DNA of 64,000 nt from Scyliorhinus canicula (GCF_902713615.1 NC_052153.1:66896649-66960648); one strand, 5' to 3'; positions 1 through 13,768 are shown, counted from the first letter of the stretch. Made by a program: numbers and translations. Notes: generated from the sequence alone by a model not told the origin.

Positions 1-2412
1 GGTTGGGGTAATGCTTGTGTGCTGAGCGAAGCGATCACCCAGTCTGTGTTTAGCTTCCTCAATGTAGAGGAGACTGCATCGGGAGCAGGGAATACAGTAG
101 AGCAAATTGAAGGAGGTGCATGTGAAATGTTGCTTCATCTGAAAGGAGTGCTTGAAGCCTTGAACGGTGAGGAGGGAGGAGGCACAGGGACAGGTGTTGC
201 ACCTTCTATGATTGCAGGGAAAGGTGCCATGAGGAGGGGATGAGGAGTTGGGCTTGATGGTGGAGTGGATCAGGGCATTATGGAGGGAACAGTCCTTACA
301 GAATGTCGGCGGTGAGGGAAAGTGAGGGGTGAGGAGAAGATCTGATTCATGGTGGCATCATACTGGAGTTGGCAGAAATGGCGAAGGATAATCTTTTGAA
401 TGCAGAGGCTGGTGGAGTGAAAAGTGAGGACACAGGAGGCTCTGTCACGGTCCCGACAGGGAAGAGAAGGGGTAAGGGCAGAGATGCAGGAATTGGGTCG
501 AACCCAGTTGAGTGCCTTGTCAACCACAGTGGGGAGGCACCCCCCCGCAGCTGTGACAGAAGTGCCATTTTCAAAGGTGGCATCATTGGAACAGACACGA
601 CGGAAGTGGAGAAACAATGGGATGGAGTTCTTACAGGGAGCAGGGGTGTGAGAGGTGTCTGTAGTCCAAGTAACTGTGGGAGTTAGTGGGCTTGTAATGA
701 ATATTGGTGATGAATCTATGGAATTAAATGAAATGAAAATCGCTTATTGTCACAAGTAGGCTTCAATGAAGTTACTGTGAAAAGCCCCTAGTCGCCACAT
801 TCCGGCGCCTGTTCGGGGAGGCCGGTACGGGAATTGAACCGTGCTGCTGGCCTGCCTTGGTCTGCTTTCAAAGCCAGTGATTTAGCCCAGTGTGCTAAAC
901 CAGCCCCTAATCTATCACTGGAAATGGAGACAGAGAGGTTAAGGAAGGGAAGGAAGTACCAGAGATGGACGATGTGAAGATGCGAGAGGGTTGAATTTGG
1001 AAGGGAGAAAATAATTGATGACAGAACCAGTTCAGCCTGGTAGAGGAGAGTGATGGTGAATGGGGATTGCTTGGGCCTCCAGTCAAGGAAGAAGTGGGGA
1101 ACACTCAGATCCTCCTGGTGGGGAATGGAGGTGGAGAGGGATTTCATCCAGAGTGGAGAGGAGGCGATTAGGGTCAGGGAAGTTAACATTGTCGATATGA
1201 TGTAGGACATTAGATGAATCAGAAATGTAGGTGGAAAGAGAATGGACAAGGGGAGAGAGGTGGAGTCACGTCAAAAGGTGGAACAGGAACAGGCTGGTGT
1301 TCTGGGTCCACCAGGGCAGTCACTGATTGTGATTTTTGGAAGGAGCTGTGTGGGCTTGGGGGACTCCGAGGTTGGAGGCTGGGAAGCAAAGATCGCCAGA
1401 GGCGATGAGGTCAGTGACAGTCCTTGAAACAATGACTTGATGTTAGGTGGTGGAGTCATGATCCAAGGGGAGTAGGAGTAAGTGTCAGAGAGTTAGCACT
1501 TTGTGAACTAGAGGTCAGTGCGCCAGACAATACCAGCAGGTTTGATCACAAAGTCAGGGGTGGAGACCTGAGAGAACAGACTGCAGCAGGATCAGAGGGA
1601 GACAGATTGGCGTGGGTGAGAGGGGGAGAAAAATTGAGATGGCCGTTGTCAAGGCAACAGTTTTCAATGCAAAAGTCAAGAGCTAGCAGGAGGCCAGAGG
1701 GTTTGTCCACATAGGAGAATACTGGTGGTGGGTGAAAGGATCCATTGAAAAAGAAGAGTCCTGTCCAACCAAGTGAGCACAGAGACAGAGGCAACGGAAG
1801 AAGAGTTCAGCATTATGCTGAGTGAAATTCATTGAGGTGAGGACGTAAGGGGATGAAACAAAGTCCTTTGCTGAGTACAGAACGTTCAGCATCAGAGGGG
1901 GCAGGTTTGAGGGTATAGTGAATGCGTGGCAAGGAATGGAATTAGAAGAAAGAATGGGGTCAGAGGGACGAAACGATGCAGAGGGTTCCGGTTAGACGTT
2001 GGTGTCAGTAAGTCGTTGGAGCTTAACACTTGAAAAGAAGAGAAAAAGGTTCTTGTTAAGCTGTCGAATGAGAAAAAGAATAAAATGGAACTGGGGACAA
2101 GAACAGCTTTGAGAGAGGGTGAGTCGGAGCTGCTGGAGAGAGAGGTCAAGTGTGTATATATAGCAGCATGGTACTGAGTGTGGATCTCAGTAAGCGGTGA
2201 AGACAGTAATCCAAGGAGCATTTTATATCCCGGAGATACCTGTAATCCTGGGTACATTCAAAACATGACAGATGTTTTGGAATCCATGTGATGTGAGTTG
2301 GAGAGGGAGGCACTCACTGAGGAAGGAAATGTGGCTCTGGAGGCAACACACTGTGAAACACCAAGAGGGAAATGGAAAGCAATGAAGGTGGACAAGGTAA
2401 GAGAGACAAACA
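1..2412 (-). mobile_element. Degenerate Penelope-like element (RT + GIY-YIG endonuclease), interrupted by a SINE and a Gypsy remnant
   Basis: Minus-strand ORF pieces 788-1249 (STSIPHQ...FFLDWRPKQSP...LLYQAELVL) and 270-617 (VLTFHSTSL.IQKIILRHF) match PLE RT/linker motifs. Near 30-85 the minus strand reads CSRCSLLYIEEAKHRLGDRFAQH, a GIY-YIG-type motif. Many stops and frameshifts. The 5' part resumes at ~3649-3730. Confidence 0.8.
727..907 (-). mobile_element. Short tRNA-derived SINE (~180 bp, CATTT tail)
   Basis: Reverse complement begins GGGGCTGGTTTAGCACACTGGG (A box-like), has GGTTCAATTCC (B box-like) and ends in (CATTT)n. Near-identical copies at 26584 and 29475. Confidence 0.85.
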
Positions 2413-3648
2413 TGTTACGTTCTGGTGCTTGGCTGGACGGACTTAGTTCACTAGAGACTGTCAAGTTCATGACTAGTTGAATGATTCTTGCCTTTGCATT
2501 CAGCACACACTTTTTCGAATGCGGACATTGCCTTTGCAAATGCTTGATGCCGCATCATTTGCAAAATATGATGGTATCGGGTATGCATTTAAAATGGCCG
2601 TAGCTGTTCAACCCATGTTTTGGTTTTGGGTGCGTCACATCATCGATGACATCGGCTGCATCTCTGATTTTCACGCTAAAATTTTTAAGTTTAAGGTACA
2701 ATCTGCTGCGCAACTAGCTCACTGGCTAGCAAATTTTAAAGGCATTCTCGAGCTGGAGTTCATTCACCCTCAACAATTTTTCTCAAATTTTGTAATTGCT
2801 AATACCAAACACAATCTGATCTCAGATCATGGACACTTGCAAATTTACATGTTTGAGCCTTTAGCCTCAAGTCTGTTAGGAAGCTGTCAAACGATTCGCC
2901 TGCCTGTTGTGTGCGTGTTTGAAAAATGTACCATTCAAACATTTCGTTCTTTTTAGGTGAACAGTGTTGATCAAATGTTTTTAAGAATTTGTCAAAGTTA
3001 TTCTTATCAGCTTCGCTATAAAACATGAAGGTATCAAAGATTTCTGTCACCTGTGCACCTGCTACGGTGAGCAGCAATGCTATCCTCCGTTCATCAGGCT
3101 ATGCCTGAAGACCTAGAGCTGCCACGTAGAATGTGAATTTGTTTAAAAGCACGCCAATTCTCATCGACATTGCCAGTGACTCGAAGCTGGTGTGGTGTCG
3201 TCAAACCTTCCATCATTGACTTCGATGACTAGTAGTGCATTGAGCTATATTCTGTCAATGCACTTTGTGCTGAGTAAAAAAAAAAATTATCTTCTTTGTT
3301 ACCTTGGTCTTTTAGATCTTCAGATCGCAAATTCTGGTACCATGTTGCGTTCTGGTGCTTGGACGGACGGAATTAGTGCACTAGAGAACATCTAGTTTGT
3401 GACTAGTTGAATGTTTATTGATTAACAATAACGTGCGTCAGATAACAATATCAAAACTATTCAAACCACTAACTATTAAATCATTATTATAAAATTATCT
3501 AAGAGCTATTGCAAATGTGACTATCCACTAGACGACTATCTCCAGACTCCCCGAGGTAACAGTGTCAAATGGTTGTTCTTTACTGCCACCTGCTGGTTGG
3601 AGGTCGTATCTGTTAATATTTACATAACTGCTCATGCATATCATGACA
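2413..3648 (-). mobile_element. Internally deleted Gypsy LTR retrotransposon (full 5' LTR 3343-3648, gag remnant, ~70 bp of 3' LTR)
   Basis: Direct repeat 2413-2483 vs 3343-3413; TG...CA termini; PBS-like TGGTACCAGAA adjacent to the LTR (3331-3342, minus strand); gag-like ORF 2799-3077 (FQTRTQQAGESFDSFLTDLRLKAQTCKF); imperfect TSD aaca/aacc. Confidence 0.8.
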
Positions 3649-3734
3649 AACCGTAAAGCCCGTTGGAAAGACCAGTACATCTTCAAAGTAGGCATTCCTG
3701 GAAGAGAAATGGCAGTGAATTAAAAACTTGCTTA

Positions 3735-4120
3735 ATTGACTTATCAGCTTGTCTCGCCACCTTCAGAGATTTATGAGGATGTGTCCCTCTACTCTTGCAC
3801 TTCCCTAAACAGAAAATCCGTTAGATTATACCGACTCTCCATGTTGCTATTACCAAAGTGCATCACATCACACTTATTTGCATTAAATTGTGTCTGTCAT
3901 GTGCATGCCTATTTCTCCAGTCTATGTGCACCCTCTTGAATTCTGCTACCTCTTGCATTATTTAGCATTTTGCCTAGTTTTGCATTATTGGTAAACTTCA
4001 AAATTGTGCTCCCTTCACTCAAGTCCAAGTCATTCATATGTAACAAGAAAATAAATATTCCAAAACTGACTCGATAGAAACACACTGGATACTTCTTTCC
4101 AGCCAGAAAAGCATGCATTT
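3735..4120 (-). mobile_element. CR1-type LINE RT fragment
   Basis: ORF 3909-4118 HMNDLDLSEGSTILKFTNNAKLG resembles CR1 RT INDLD...SKFADDTKLG. Confidence 0.7.
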
Positions 4121-4916
4121 ACCACCAATCACTTTTCTAAGTTACCATAATCTTTTAAATCATGGGTGGTTATTTACTTTCTTATATATTGCACGAGTAA
4201 CAATCTGGCATGTTTCTTTCTAAAAAGGGTTTTCTTTCAGGTTCAGTCAGAGGAATTTAAAGAGACTTGTCAGCCTGATTTGTTTACTCAATTCTTTGGA
4301 AGTTGCGTCCGGGTTTAGATTTTCACCAGTGTTGAGCAAAACCTATATTGTAGTTTATGTTATGAAAAATGGCCTGCGTGTCTAATACGATGCATCTCCG
4401 GAAATCAGAGCTAGCCCGAGTGAAATTTTTATATGCTATCCAGCAGCAAGTTTATATTGAAAGATAGCTGTGTGTGCCCAATAAATATAAGGTTGTTTCA
4501 AATCATGAGGAGGTTTGCCTCAGGAAGCTATCTTTTATAGGAGCATGTTGTCCATGGAAGCTATCTTTATTGTGGAAATGAGATATCTTGAGGGGACACA
4601 TCAGCAGTCAATTTCTCTGTCTTGAATCTCTTTGACTGATCTGGAGTGTGAGTTGGAGATACTCAAACACATATGGGAACAAGAGAAGCATCTGGACAGT
4701 TAGCTCCAGACTTCAGTCACACCTTATAGGTGGAGGTTCACACCTTATAGGTAGGTCTGTGTGACTGATAGCGTCACAGATTAAGGGGAATCCATGTGAG
4801 ATAGACAGTGAAAATCTGCAGAACCTAATCCTATTCTGAAGGTGCTTGACGGGTTTGTTTTCCTTGGCTTGGTGTTGTTTTTTTTGCTCCAAAACATATG
4901 CAGAAATGACACACCA

Positions 4917-5907
4917 TGTTCTATATGTGTAACAAGAGTTTTATTCACACTGCATTTAAAATGTCAGGTCCCACGCTTCCAGCTGCTTGCTTTGGGTTTA
5001 GTTTCTCTTTCTCAGTAACATCATCCAGGCTTGACTAACAACACACAGAACAGAGGAGTGTCATCAGACATACATAATCAACTGAATACTACTGTGCATC
5101 TTTTCCCCTTGTAAACTAAAACACCCTGGGATTCTCCATTGCCTGACACCGAAATCGTAATCAGCAATCGGGGGGAGAATCGATTCCGATGCTGGAATCG
5201 GGGCCGGTGCTGGATTGACATCGGTTTGCGATTCTCTGCCCCTCCAAGGCAGCATTGTGGTACCATGCGCAGTCGCAATGCCCTTGGCACCTCAACGGCC
5301 GGCCCACGTGCGATGCACAGCCCCCGATGAGCCGAGCCCCCAATGGCGTGGAACACGTGTGCTCACAGTAATCGTGAACCCGGCGTGCCAGCTGCGGACT
5401 GTGTCCAGCGCCGCAACACTCGGCCGGGATCCGTGCCGCTGGCTGGAAGGTGCTGCTGCGAAGGCTGGGGGGGGGGGGGGGGGTTTGGTCCGCGCATGGC
5501 TGGCGCCATGTTATACGGCACGACCGCTGCAGATTGTCAGCTGTGTGCATGTGCGGCCTGGGACCCGGTCACTCTCCGGCCCTTTTCGCCGTGGGAGGTC
5601 GGAGTTTTGGTTGGTGGTGGTGCTAGCCCCTCACCAGTACCGGAATCAGTGAGCGGTTTAGGCTGCTTTTCTTACCATAAACCTCCCGCGTATTCTCATT
5701 TCGAGCTGACACTTAGCTGCAGGAATGGAGAATCCCGCCCCCTTGTTTTATACTTGTCATGAACAATAAACCTATCTACAATGAGTAATTTATTATAGTT
5801 CACAGTGTTAGTTTTCTGTAAATATATAAATAGTCTTTGAGGTATTAAGGTAACTGACCATGGCACTGAGATCTAGAAACTTGAGGTTTTGTGTGATCAG
5901 CTGTACA
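4917..5907 (-). mobile_element. Possible LTR remnant interrupted by a MITE
   Basis: Starts TGTT next to a PBS-like TGGTGTGTCA on the minus strand; minus-strand AATAAA near 4941. Right boundary uncertain. Confidence 0.3.
5125..5740. mobile_element. PIF/Harbinger-type MITE
   Basis: Terminal inverted repeats (ct)GGGATTCTCC / GGAGAATCCC(gccc), same TIR family as 14642, 32364 and 61626; CpG-rich interior. Confidence 0.75.
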
Positions 5908-6489
5908 AGGTGGATGATCAGAATCACAGTTATTACGATCCTCGGCCAAACCCTGGATGTAGAGGGAGATCTCTCTGTAGAGGGACCAAGAACGCTTTGG
6001 TTAAAGTAGATAAAGGTTGAGAATTAGGACACCTGCTTTTGGAATAAAACCATAAGATTCCACAGTTTTGAACGAACAAGAGAATAAAGCAAGTTTAATC
6101 AGTATTTTATACTCTAACATTCAGCGTAAGCATGCAGTCCTACGTGAATAACAGACAAACTGTGGTTGAACACACCACACAACAGAGTAAATGAAGTTGC
6201 AACCAGCACAAGGTCCATGGTTTTCTCAATAACCCACCAAGACATGAGTAAACACAAAATCAAAACATCTAATTTAAACTCTGTCTCACAAGGGATTCCC
6301 AGCTTTATCTTCGAAGATCCCGCCTTGGAATTTTCTCTCAACGTTGCTCCTACTGAGACAGCTTTAACAATGACCTACCCCGCAGGGTATCAATCTCACC
6401 CTCTGAGATTCTTTCTTCTTGGATTCCTAAGTCTGAATTTTAGCCTCCACTTACTGACAGAATTGCACATCTTTGAAACTGAATCCCTA

Positions 6490-7995
6490 AAACAACACTG
6501 CAAAGCAGAAGAAGCATGAGGCGGACTGGCCTTCCCAAACTTGAAATATCATACAGGGCAACCGCGGACGAGAGAGTGAGGGGATGCGTCAAGGAACCAA
6601 ACACGGAATGGGTGAGGATGGAGAAGTCCTCCTGTTCAAGAACGACCCTCCAGGCCCTCGCGATGACAGCATTCCCATCCCCACCAACAAAACACTCAAC
6701 TAGCCCAGTGGTGGTAGCAACACTGAGAACATGGAGCCAGATGAGGCAGCACTTCGATCTGACCGAGGTGTCCACCATGGCCCCCAACTGCAGGAACCAC
6801 AGGTTTCCACCAGCCATGCTAGACGCCACCTTTAAGAGAAGGACACAGGACGGGCGAAACACTGATGGTGAGGGACTTTCACACAGGGTACAGGCTGGCG
6901 ATCCTGGAAGAGTTGACGGAGAGACTGGAACTACCAAACGCACAAGAACCCGACATCTGCAAATCAAAAGCTTTCTTCGAAAGGAGACAATAAGGTACCC
7001 AAGGACCCCAAGAGACACAATGTTGGAGGAGTTACTGGACATGGACAGTCTGGGAAAGGGGACCTGCAGGGACATATACGGACAACTTTGAGAAAGGACA
7101 TACTCCTCACTGGAACTGGACGAAAGAAGGGAAAAATGGGAGGAAGAGGTAGGGGTGGAAGTAGGGTGGGGACTCTGAAGCAAAGCACTGAACAGGGCCA
7201 AATCCACCTCCTCCTGTGCAAGGGAAAGCCTTATGCAGCTAAAGGTGGTGCACAGAGCGCACCTGACAAGAAACTGAATGAGCAGGTTCTTCCCGGATGT
7301 GGAGGACAAATGTGAACGGTGCCAGGGAGGTCCGGCCAACCACGCCCACATGCTCTGAGCCTGCCCCAGACTTGTTGGGTTTTGGACAGCTTTCTTCGAG
7401 GCAATGCCCAAAGTTGGGGGGTGAGGATGGAGCCGTGCCCACGAGTGGCAGTCTTTGGGGTATCGGAACAGCCAGAACTTCATATGGGGAAGATGGCTGA
7501 CGTCCTTGACTTTGCTTCCCTAATTACCAAGCAGAGAACCCTGCTTGGCTGGCGATCAGCAGCACCACCCACAGCCGCAGACTGGCTGGCAGACCTATCG
7601 GAATTTCTCCAACTGGAGAAGATCAAGTACACCATCCAAGGGTCTGAGTATGGTTTCCACAAAGCACGAGGGCCATTCATCAACCTGTTCCAAGACCTGT
7701 TCAAAGCCAACAACTGATAAAGCAAAGGGGAAGGGAAGGGCCAGGGAGACCGGTACCACAGAAAGCAGACAGGAATGGGGGGGAGGGGTGGAGGAAACAC
7801 CAAGGGGGAGGCCAGAGAGAGACCAACAAGGGGACTAGAGAGCCCAGCACAAAGCCAAAAGATAAACAACAAACAACTACCTGAGGTGAAAGAAAGGGCC
7901 AAGGATAAGACGTGGAAACAGCAGGAGAGGGGAAGCATGGGGTGGGGAGGGCAAAGGCGGAGGGCTGGAGAGGATACCAAAAAGGAACAACATGC
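6490..7995 (+). mobile_element. 5'-truncated L1-clade LINE (ORF2 C-terminal region and 3' UTR)
   Basis: GGLAFPNL motif near 6520, Cys/His zinc motif CERCQGGPANHAHML near 7310, LEKIKY near 7615; frameshifted. Confidence 0.75.
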
Positions 7996-8269
7996 AAACT
8001 GTCACCGTGTCATCTATTTTAAAGTACAGTTTAAATGTAAACTTTATAATATTTTTAAAAACCAAATATTAATGTGTGTGACATTGAGGTGTCTATACAC
8101 TATCTTGAAAAAATGGCATAGAATTTTAAAATAACTTTGTTGTGTGTAAAAAATATGAGAACAAACCTGGTTACAAATGTTCAATTGTGTTTAAATATTT
8201 TATGCCTCCCAAATTATTTTCTAGAATAAAATCATGGTGTGAACGTAAAAAATATATATTATTTGGGAA

Positions 8270-8435
8270 AAGAAATCTTCCATCCTTACCTGGTCTGGCT
8301 TACATGTGACTTCAGGTCCCAGCAAAGCCGTCTGAAATGGCCTAGCAAGCCACTCAGTTCAAGGGAAATTAGGATGGGCAATAAATGCTGGCCCAACCAG
8401 CGATGCCCACATCTCATGAGTGAATAAAGAAAAAC
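8270..8435 (+). mobile_element. SINE/LINE-tail fragment of a common shark repeat
   Basis: CCTTACCTGGTCTGG...CTGAAATGGCCTAGCAAGCCACTCAGTT is also seen at ~53135-53230; tail GGCAATAAATGCTGGCC...GATGCCCACAT also at ~41540. Confidence 0.6.
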
Positions 8436-9479
8436 AGTTGCCCATTTCTTGCATGGAGCTTCTTCGCCTTGCTCCTGACTTTCCCGAAACTGACCGCCTC
8501 AAGAAGATTGTTCACTGAAGCTTGAACTGTTCGAGTGACCGAACAAAACACTGCTAAAGGATCCCGCCCTTGTTACTAGACATGAAACAATGTATCAAGC
8601 ATTGGAACATCTTATTCCTTAAATGTAAGAATTTCCACAACACCCAAGGACACAAAGACCAATGGGTTTCATGACACATTGGAAAAAAAAATGTGCCCTC
8701 ATAAGCAGCGTCTTAAAAATAACATAGTCTACTTGTCTATAAAGCATCTCGTGTTGCAGTTTGTGCTGCCATCCAATAGATAAGCATTGGGACCAGGCAA
8801 CCATTTGATCTGCTCTGGTCCTGATAGAGATGATGCAAGTTTGTCGTCGCTGTTTGTTTGTATGATGTGAACCCAATCGGCAACTTCACATTGTGGTTCC
8901 CATTGTGTGCGTTAATCAATCAAACTACACTTTTGGTTTACCTTGTCACTTTGTAATTCCTTCCACTTTCACCTGACATTCTTGTTGGGTAGTGGTTCAA
9001 GAATGGTCAGTGCCGTGCAAAGGTTTAGAGCAGTAATAGACTGCCTGTGTCTTTCCCATTAGAGAGTGTGAAATGCATCTATATGTGTGAAGTGGAATAT
9101 GAGTGGATTGTTCAAATGTTTTCCTCTCTGACATGCCAGCTCCCAGGCTGCCCATCAGCACCCTGTTGAATTTGTTGTAGCTATTCCCAGTCATTTGTTA
9201 AGTAGATGATGAACAACAAGCAAAACACTTTGATTACTAGAGGCTGCATGTACTTCTCCATAAATGTCTACTTGCAATCGTTGCCATGATTTTGTTGGCC
9301 ATGGGGTCAGCTGAAAAGGTGGAAGTCACAGTTTAACAGATTTTTCACAGTGTTCAAGGGAACACGCCATATTAGATTCAGCAAAGTGTCACATTTAGTT
9401 AACAGGGTAATAGCGCATGAACATTTATCATATAATTAAGTTCAACAGAATAGAAAGGAAGAATTATTAAACACTTAAT

Positions 9480-9934
9480 AAGGACTTAGGTAAGGTTGAC
9501 TGTAATGCAATGCGACAGACTGTTCACAGTAAACTGGGCAAATCAGTTAATGGATAAAACAATAGAAGATTATTGGGAGGTAATGTGATACAGAATCAGT
9601 TTGTGCTCCTCAGGGTTAAGAATCCGACTTGCCAAAAAACAGCCATGGATGACTAAAGACAATAACCTAAAAGAAAAAAAATACAAGAATGCAAAAAGTA
9701 GCACAGATCGAGTGAATGGGAAAGATACAAAGACAACAAAGCTTGGCAAAACAGATAGAACAAGCTGCAAAAAGGGAAAACAAAAAGAAACTTGGAATAT
9801 CAAAATCAACACTTTTTGGACAATTATATTTGGAAAAGGGGATGGTCAGGAGCAATGACTGCCCCTTGAAAACTGGTAACAGTAGTATTGTTAAGGAAAA
9901 TAAGGAAATGGTAGACAAGCTGAATACTTACATA
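9480..9934 (+). mobile_element. CR1 LINE fragment (resumes 12075-12228)
   Basis: PWMTKD...ENKEMVDKLNTY motifs; the sequence after the Harbinger insertion resembles the CR1 3' region. Confidence 0.6.
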
Positions 9935-12074
9935 GGACTGGATTTTTCTGAGGATTTTCTGTGCCACCCCGAGCATGCTTTTGGTAGAGGGGCAAGCAAA
10001 ATAGAGCAAGGGTATTTGGGTGGGTGCTGAAATTGACAGCCTGCCTGCAATATTGTAAAATCAAGGGTCAATTGAGCTTGTTCACAAGCTCTCCCCTTTG
10101 TTATTATCCCCACCCCAGTGGGGTGGGAAAAAGGTGCGGTTTTTGAGTTGATGGACACAGTCTTGTGCGAAGAGAATCTGGAGACAACGAGCGCCTCCCT
10201 GGTCCTCCTACCATGTCGGACCCTTGCCGCCACATGTCCTTCAATCAGCGGCTCCTCCTTGGGCTCATCCTCCAGCCCCTCCTGGTCTGCCCCCTCCTCC
10301 TCAGATGAGGCCATATGTCCCTCCTCCTCCTCCGCATGATTCTGAGGTGGTGATCATACACGATCTGAACACTCACGGAATGGAACCCCTTCCAGTTAAT
10401 ATAGGGCACTCTCTTATGCCCCGATCGCTCCCTGGATCTGGGGCATACCGGCGATGCTGGCAAACCTGGCAGCCCGGGCATCTTGGTGGGCCTGGTCCAG
10501 GTCAAAGTTGATATAGTTGGACGTCCGGCATATAGAGCATCCGTCACCTCCCGGATGCAACTGTGGGATGAAGATTGGGATATGCCACACAGGTGCCCAC
10601 TCGAGCCCTGGAATGGCCTAGTGGCATAGCACTTTAGGGCTGTAGTGACATTCACAGCCACCGGGAGTGAGTGTCCTCCTCCTCCACTGGGTGCCGCACA
10701 GTCTCTCTGCTGAGACATAGCCTTCTATGGCATATGCTGCCCGTTAGATCATGGAAGGACCAATGATACCTGTACACCTTGTGTCATTGCTGGCCTCCCC
10801 TTCTGGCCCCCTCCTCAGCCTGATGGGCAGCTGGGTCTTCAGGATCTATACATGTGGTGCCGCCTCCAGCCTGCATTGGCATTGCTGCCGTCTTCAGCAG
10901 AGAATCCTCCGCAGGACCTACAGCAGAAAACATCTTTGTTTCTGGAACGAATTGGAGAAGGAGAGAGACCGACAATCAGTTAAGGCTTCCATCCCTGTAC
11001 CTTCAAATCCCCCAGGCCTTCCCCACCCTTCGAATGATTGTATCACCTTCTCTTAGAGAGCTAGTTGTGTTGGCAAACCTTGCTCTGGAAGGTCAGGAAA
11101 TCCTAGGCCTCTGTCAGCAACATTAGGGAGGTTGTGCTGAGCTGTGCTCCATTCAGCCAGAAACTTAACCTTTGGCAACGAGAGGGTGAAGCCCTGCTCT
11201 TTACTGTTTGATTTTTGCCAGCTGCATCTATGGTACTGATGCTCCTAGAGTTCAGGCACACTGTTCAGGCATCAAAGGTTGCTGGACACCTGGTCCACTA
11301 ATCATCCTCTCAGACAGGCCACCTGTTTCTTTGAGAGTTCAGTAGTGTGAGGTGTTCTCACAACTAACAAGGCTGATTCCTCATTGGAAATAGCCTTCAG
11401 CTGTGAAGCTAGAGGCTGCTCACAGTCAAATGGGGTGAAATTGACTTTCATGAGAGAAGCCACAGCAGGGCTCTGTCCTGGAAGTGCTTGATAGGACAGA
11501 CAGTCAGCAGTTGTGGTTTCCCCTGTTATAGGCCTCCACAATTTTTACAGACGGCTTGAAGGCCTCAGACACAAAGCCCTTCCCCACACCTGGCCCAGGT
11601 TCGACCCCTGACCTGGCCCCCTCCAGCCTCTCTGAATATGCTCAATCCCCCTGAAGGCCCCCCAACCCTAAGCCACTCGAGCACTGGGGCAGCAGCTTCG
11701 GTGCCCTTGAGCTGCAAGCCAGTAAATGGAAAGGGTTACTCACTACCTCACTTCCCCTCGGTAGCACCAGCTTCATGTTTTTGTAGAGGGGTACTGAACA
11801 ATGCCCGCGTGACTTCTCACTGGGGAGTAGGTTGACTCCTGGGTGGCTGCTGCATCCAACTTCAATCTTACTAATGAGATTCAAATTAATGCAAATTAGG
11901 CTAAATTACTTTATCTCCATTTTTGGGCGAGATCTGGAACTTGCCATGGGGAGTGGATTGGGTGAATCTCAAAATGGTTCGCACCTGGCGCAAATCTCAA
12001 TTTTGGCCTTTCCTGCTATTGATCCGGCACACCCGGACCTGTATCGTGCGCAACGCGGCGGCTAAATTGTGCCC
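9935..12074 (-). mobile_element. Degenerate PIF/Harbinger DNA transposon (HARBI1-like nuclease remnant)
   Basis: ORF 10245-10718 HSLPVAVNVTTALKCYATRPFQGSSGHLCGISQSS.HSCIREVTDAL...PYINWKGFHSVSVQIVYDH is a HARBI1-type DDE nuclease segment; degenerate TIR-like ends. Confidence 0.75.
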
Positions 12075-12228
12075 GTAGATTTACTTGAATGATACCTGAA
12101 CTCCAAAGCTAAATTATGAGGAGCGATTACATAACCTAGGATTACCTGGAATTTGGAACATTAATGGCTGATTTGACCAAAACTTTCAAGATATTAAGGA
12201 GAACAGAGAAGGGCGATGGAGAGGAACT

Positions 12229-12973
12229 GGGCAAATTTTTCTATTGTCTGCACAGAGTGCTAACTGAGGAGGGAAAATAAGCAGGCAGTTCACTGTCTGC
12301 ACAGCTGGCTTTTCTCACCAGATAATCCAGCACTCAGCAGAAAAAAACTGCATGCATGATGCTGGCGGGCAGACCGGAACAATCCGGCAGCTGGGAATCC
12401 TGAGATTGGGGTGCTGTTTTTAAATGGCAGTCCGATCTTCAAAAGAACCCACCCAACATGCACATGGAGACCACATCCACGGACACTGCAACTCCTTCCT
12501 ATGCAGACACGGAAAACATCCCCAACAGGTAAGGGAAACCCCACCCCTCCATGAATCTCCCCAGAGACCCCCCCAGCACTGCCCTCTGGCACTGTCCCTC
12601 AGGACAGTGCCAGGGGGCAGTGCAAGGGGCTGTGCCAGGATACTGCCTGGGCATGTCCCTTTCCCCAGGGCACTATACCTAGTTGTGTACCCCCGAATGG
12701 TTGCCTTTGTCTAGTTCAAGTTTTCCAAAAGTAGTTGTAAACCTTGCCGATGTGACATCACGCTGGCGAGGCGGGATTTTCAAATGTGGGGGCAAATACA
12801 GCGGGGAAGCCCGCTAATTATAAGGAAATGTATTTAAATGAGGTTCGTCACCGGCGAAAGGCCGGGAGAATCAGAAAACAAGATCTTGCCAGCGCGATTC
12901 TCAGTTTCCAAGTCGCACAATATTTTGTGCCCATGTTTACGCTCCTGGCAAATGCAGGCGCAAAATCGCAGCC
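12229..12973. mobile_element. Harbinger-type MITE (degenerate)
   Basis: GGGCAAATTTT...AAAATCGCAGCC ends; GC-rich interior with GGCACTGCC-like repeats similar to the 37030 and 50718 elements. Confidence 0.5.
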
Positions 12974-13768
12974 ACTATTTTGGCTGATTGGAAAGTCTAG
13001 GGCTAGGGGGGAATTAATTCATAATTTTAAAAGTGAGATGTTAGCTCAATTATTAATTATTATTCTGTGATTGATGAATTTGTGCTCTTCAAAGATTAAG
13101 GGAAATGGGACAAAGTAGGTATACGGAGTCAGATTACCAATCAACCATGATCGTATTGAAATGTGTAACAGACCCGAGGAGCTAAATATCCTCCTCCTCT
13201 TCTTTTGTGCTTGAGTGAAAAATATTGGGAGCATACCTAAATTATAATAAATAATTTCTATTAATTTTATTTGAGTATCAACTTAATTAAATTCAGCTCA
13301 TAGACCTAAAGGATGGCCAACAGATAAATTCCAAAAATAGAAATTATCTTCTTATATTGAAACTGCAAAATCCAGTCTGTATAAATCAGTCAGCCTAGGA
13401 TCTGGAAATTTCTGGATTCCTGATTTAATGCCATCGATGTGGTGGAGCAGGACTTTTCCCACTAAAAGCGAATCTGATCAGAAATCCCACTAGAAATAAT
13501 GTAATCAGACCAAGCAGAGGAGGAAGATCGACCAGGGTGCACAGCAATAGCGCTGCAAATTTGGGAAGGGACAGACAAGGGTGCAATTTTCTTATTTTAT
13601 CAGGGTACATGTAGCCAGTGAGCTGTGGAGGCTCTTGGAAAGGAGAGAAATTACAAGAGAAATTAAAGAGCAGAAGGATGCCAATGTTTGAATATCAAAG
13701 AAGCCAATATGGACCCATCTTCTTTAACACCCAATCAATAATAAACCATAAATTCCTTCAGTTAAATA

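Noticed and set aside
727-907. tRNA-like A/B boxes
   Set aside because: SINE heads with repeated bodies and tails, not tRNA genes; the same applies to the other SINE copies.
6440-7483. 347-aa minus-strand ORF
   Set aside because: Antisense shadow of the L1 fragment; no protein motifs.
10245-10718. Domesticated HARBI1 gene
   Set aside because: Frameshifted, deleted and bounded by TIR-like ends; a transposon relic.
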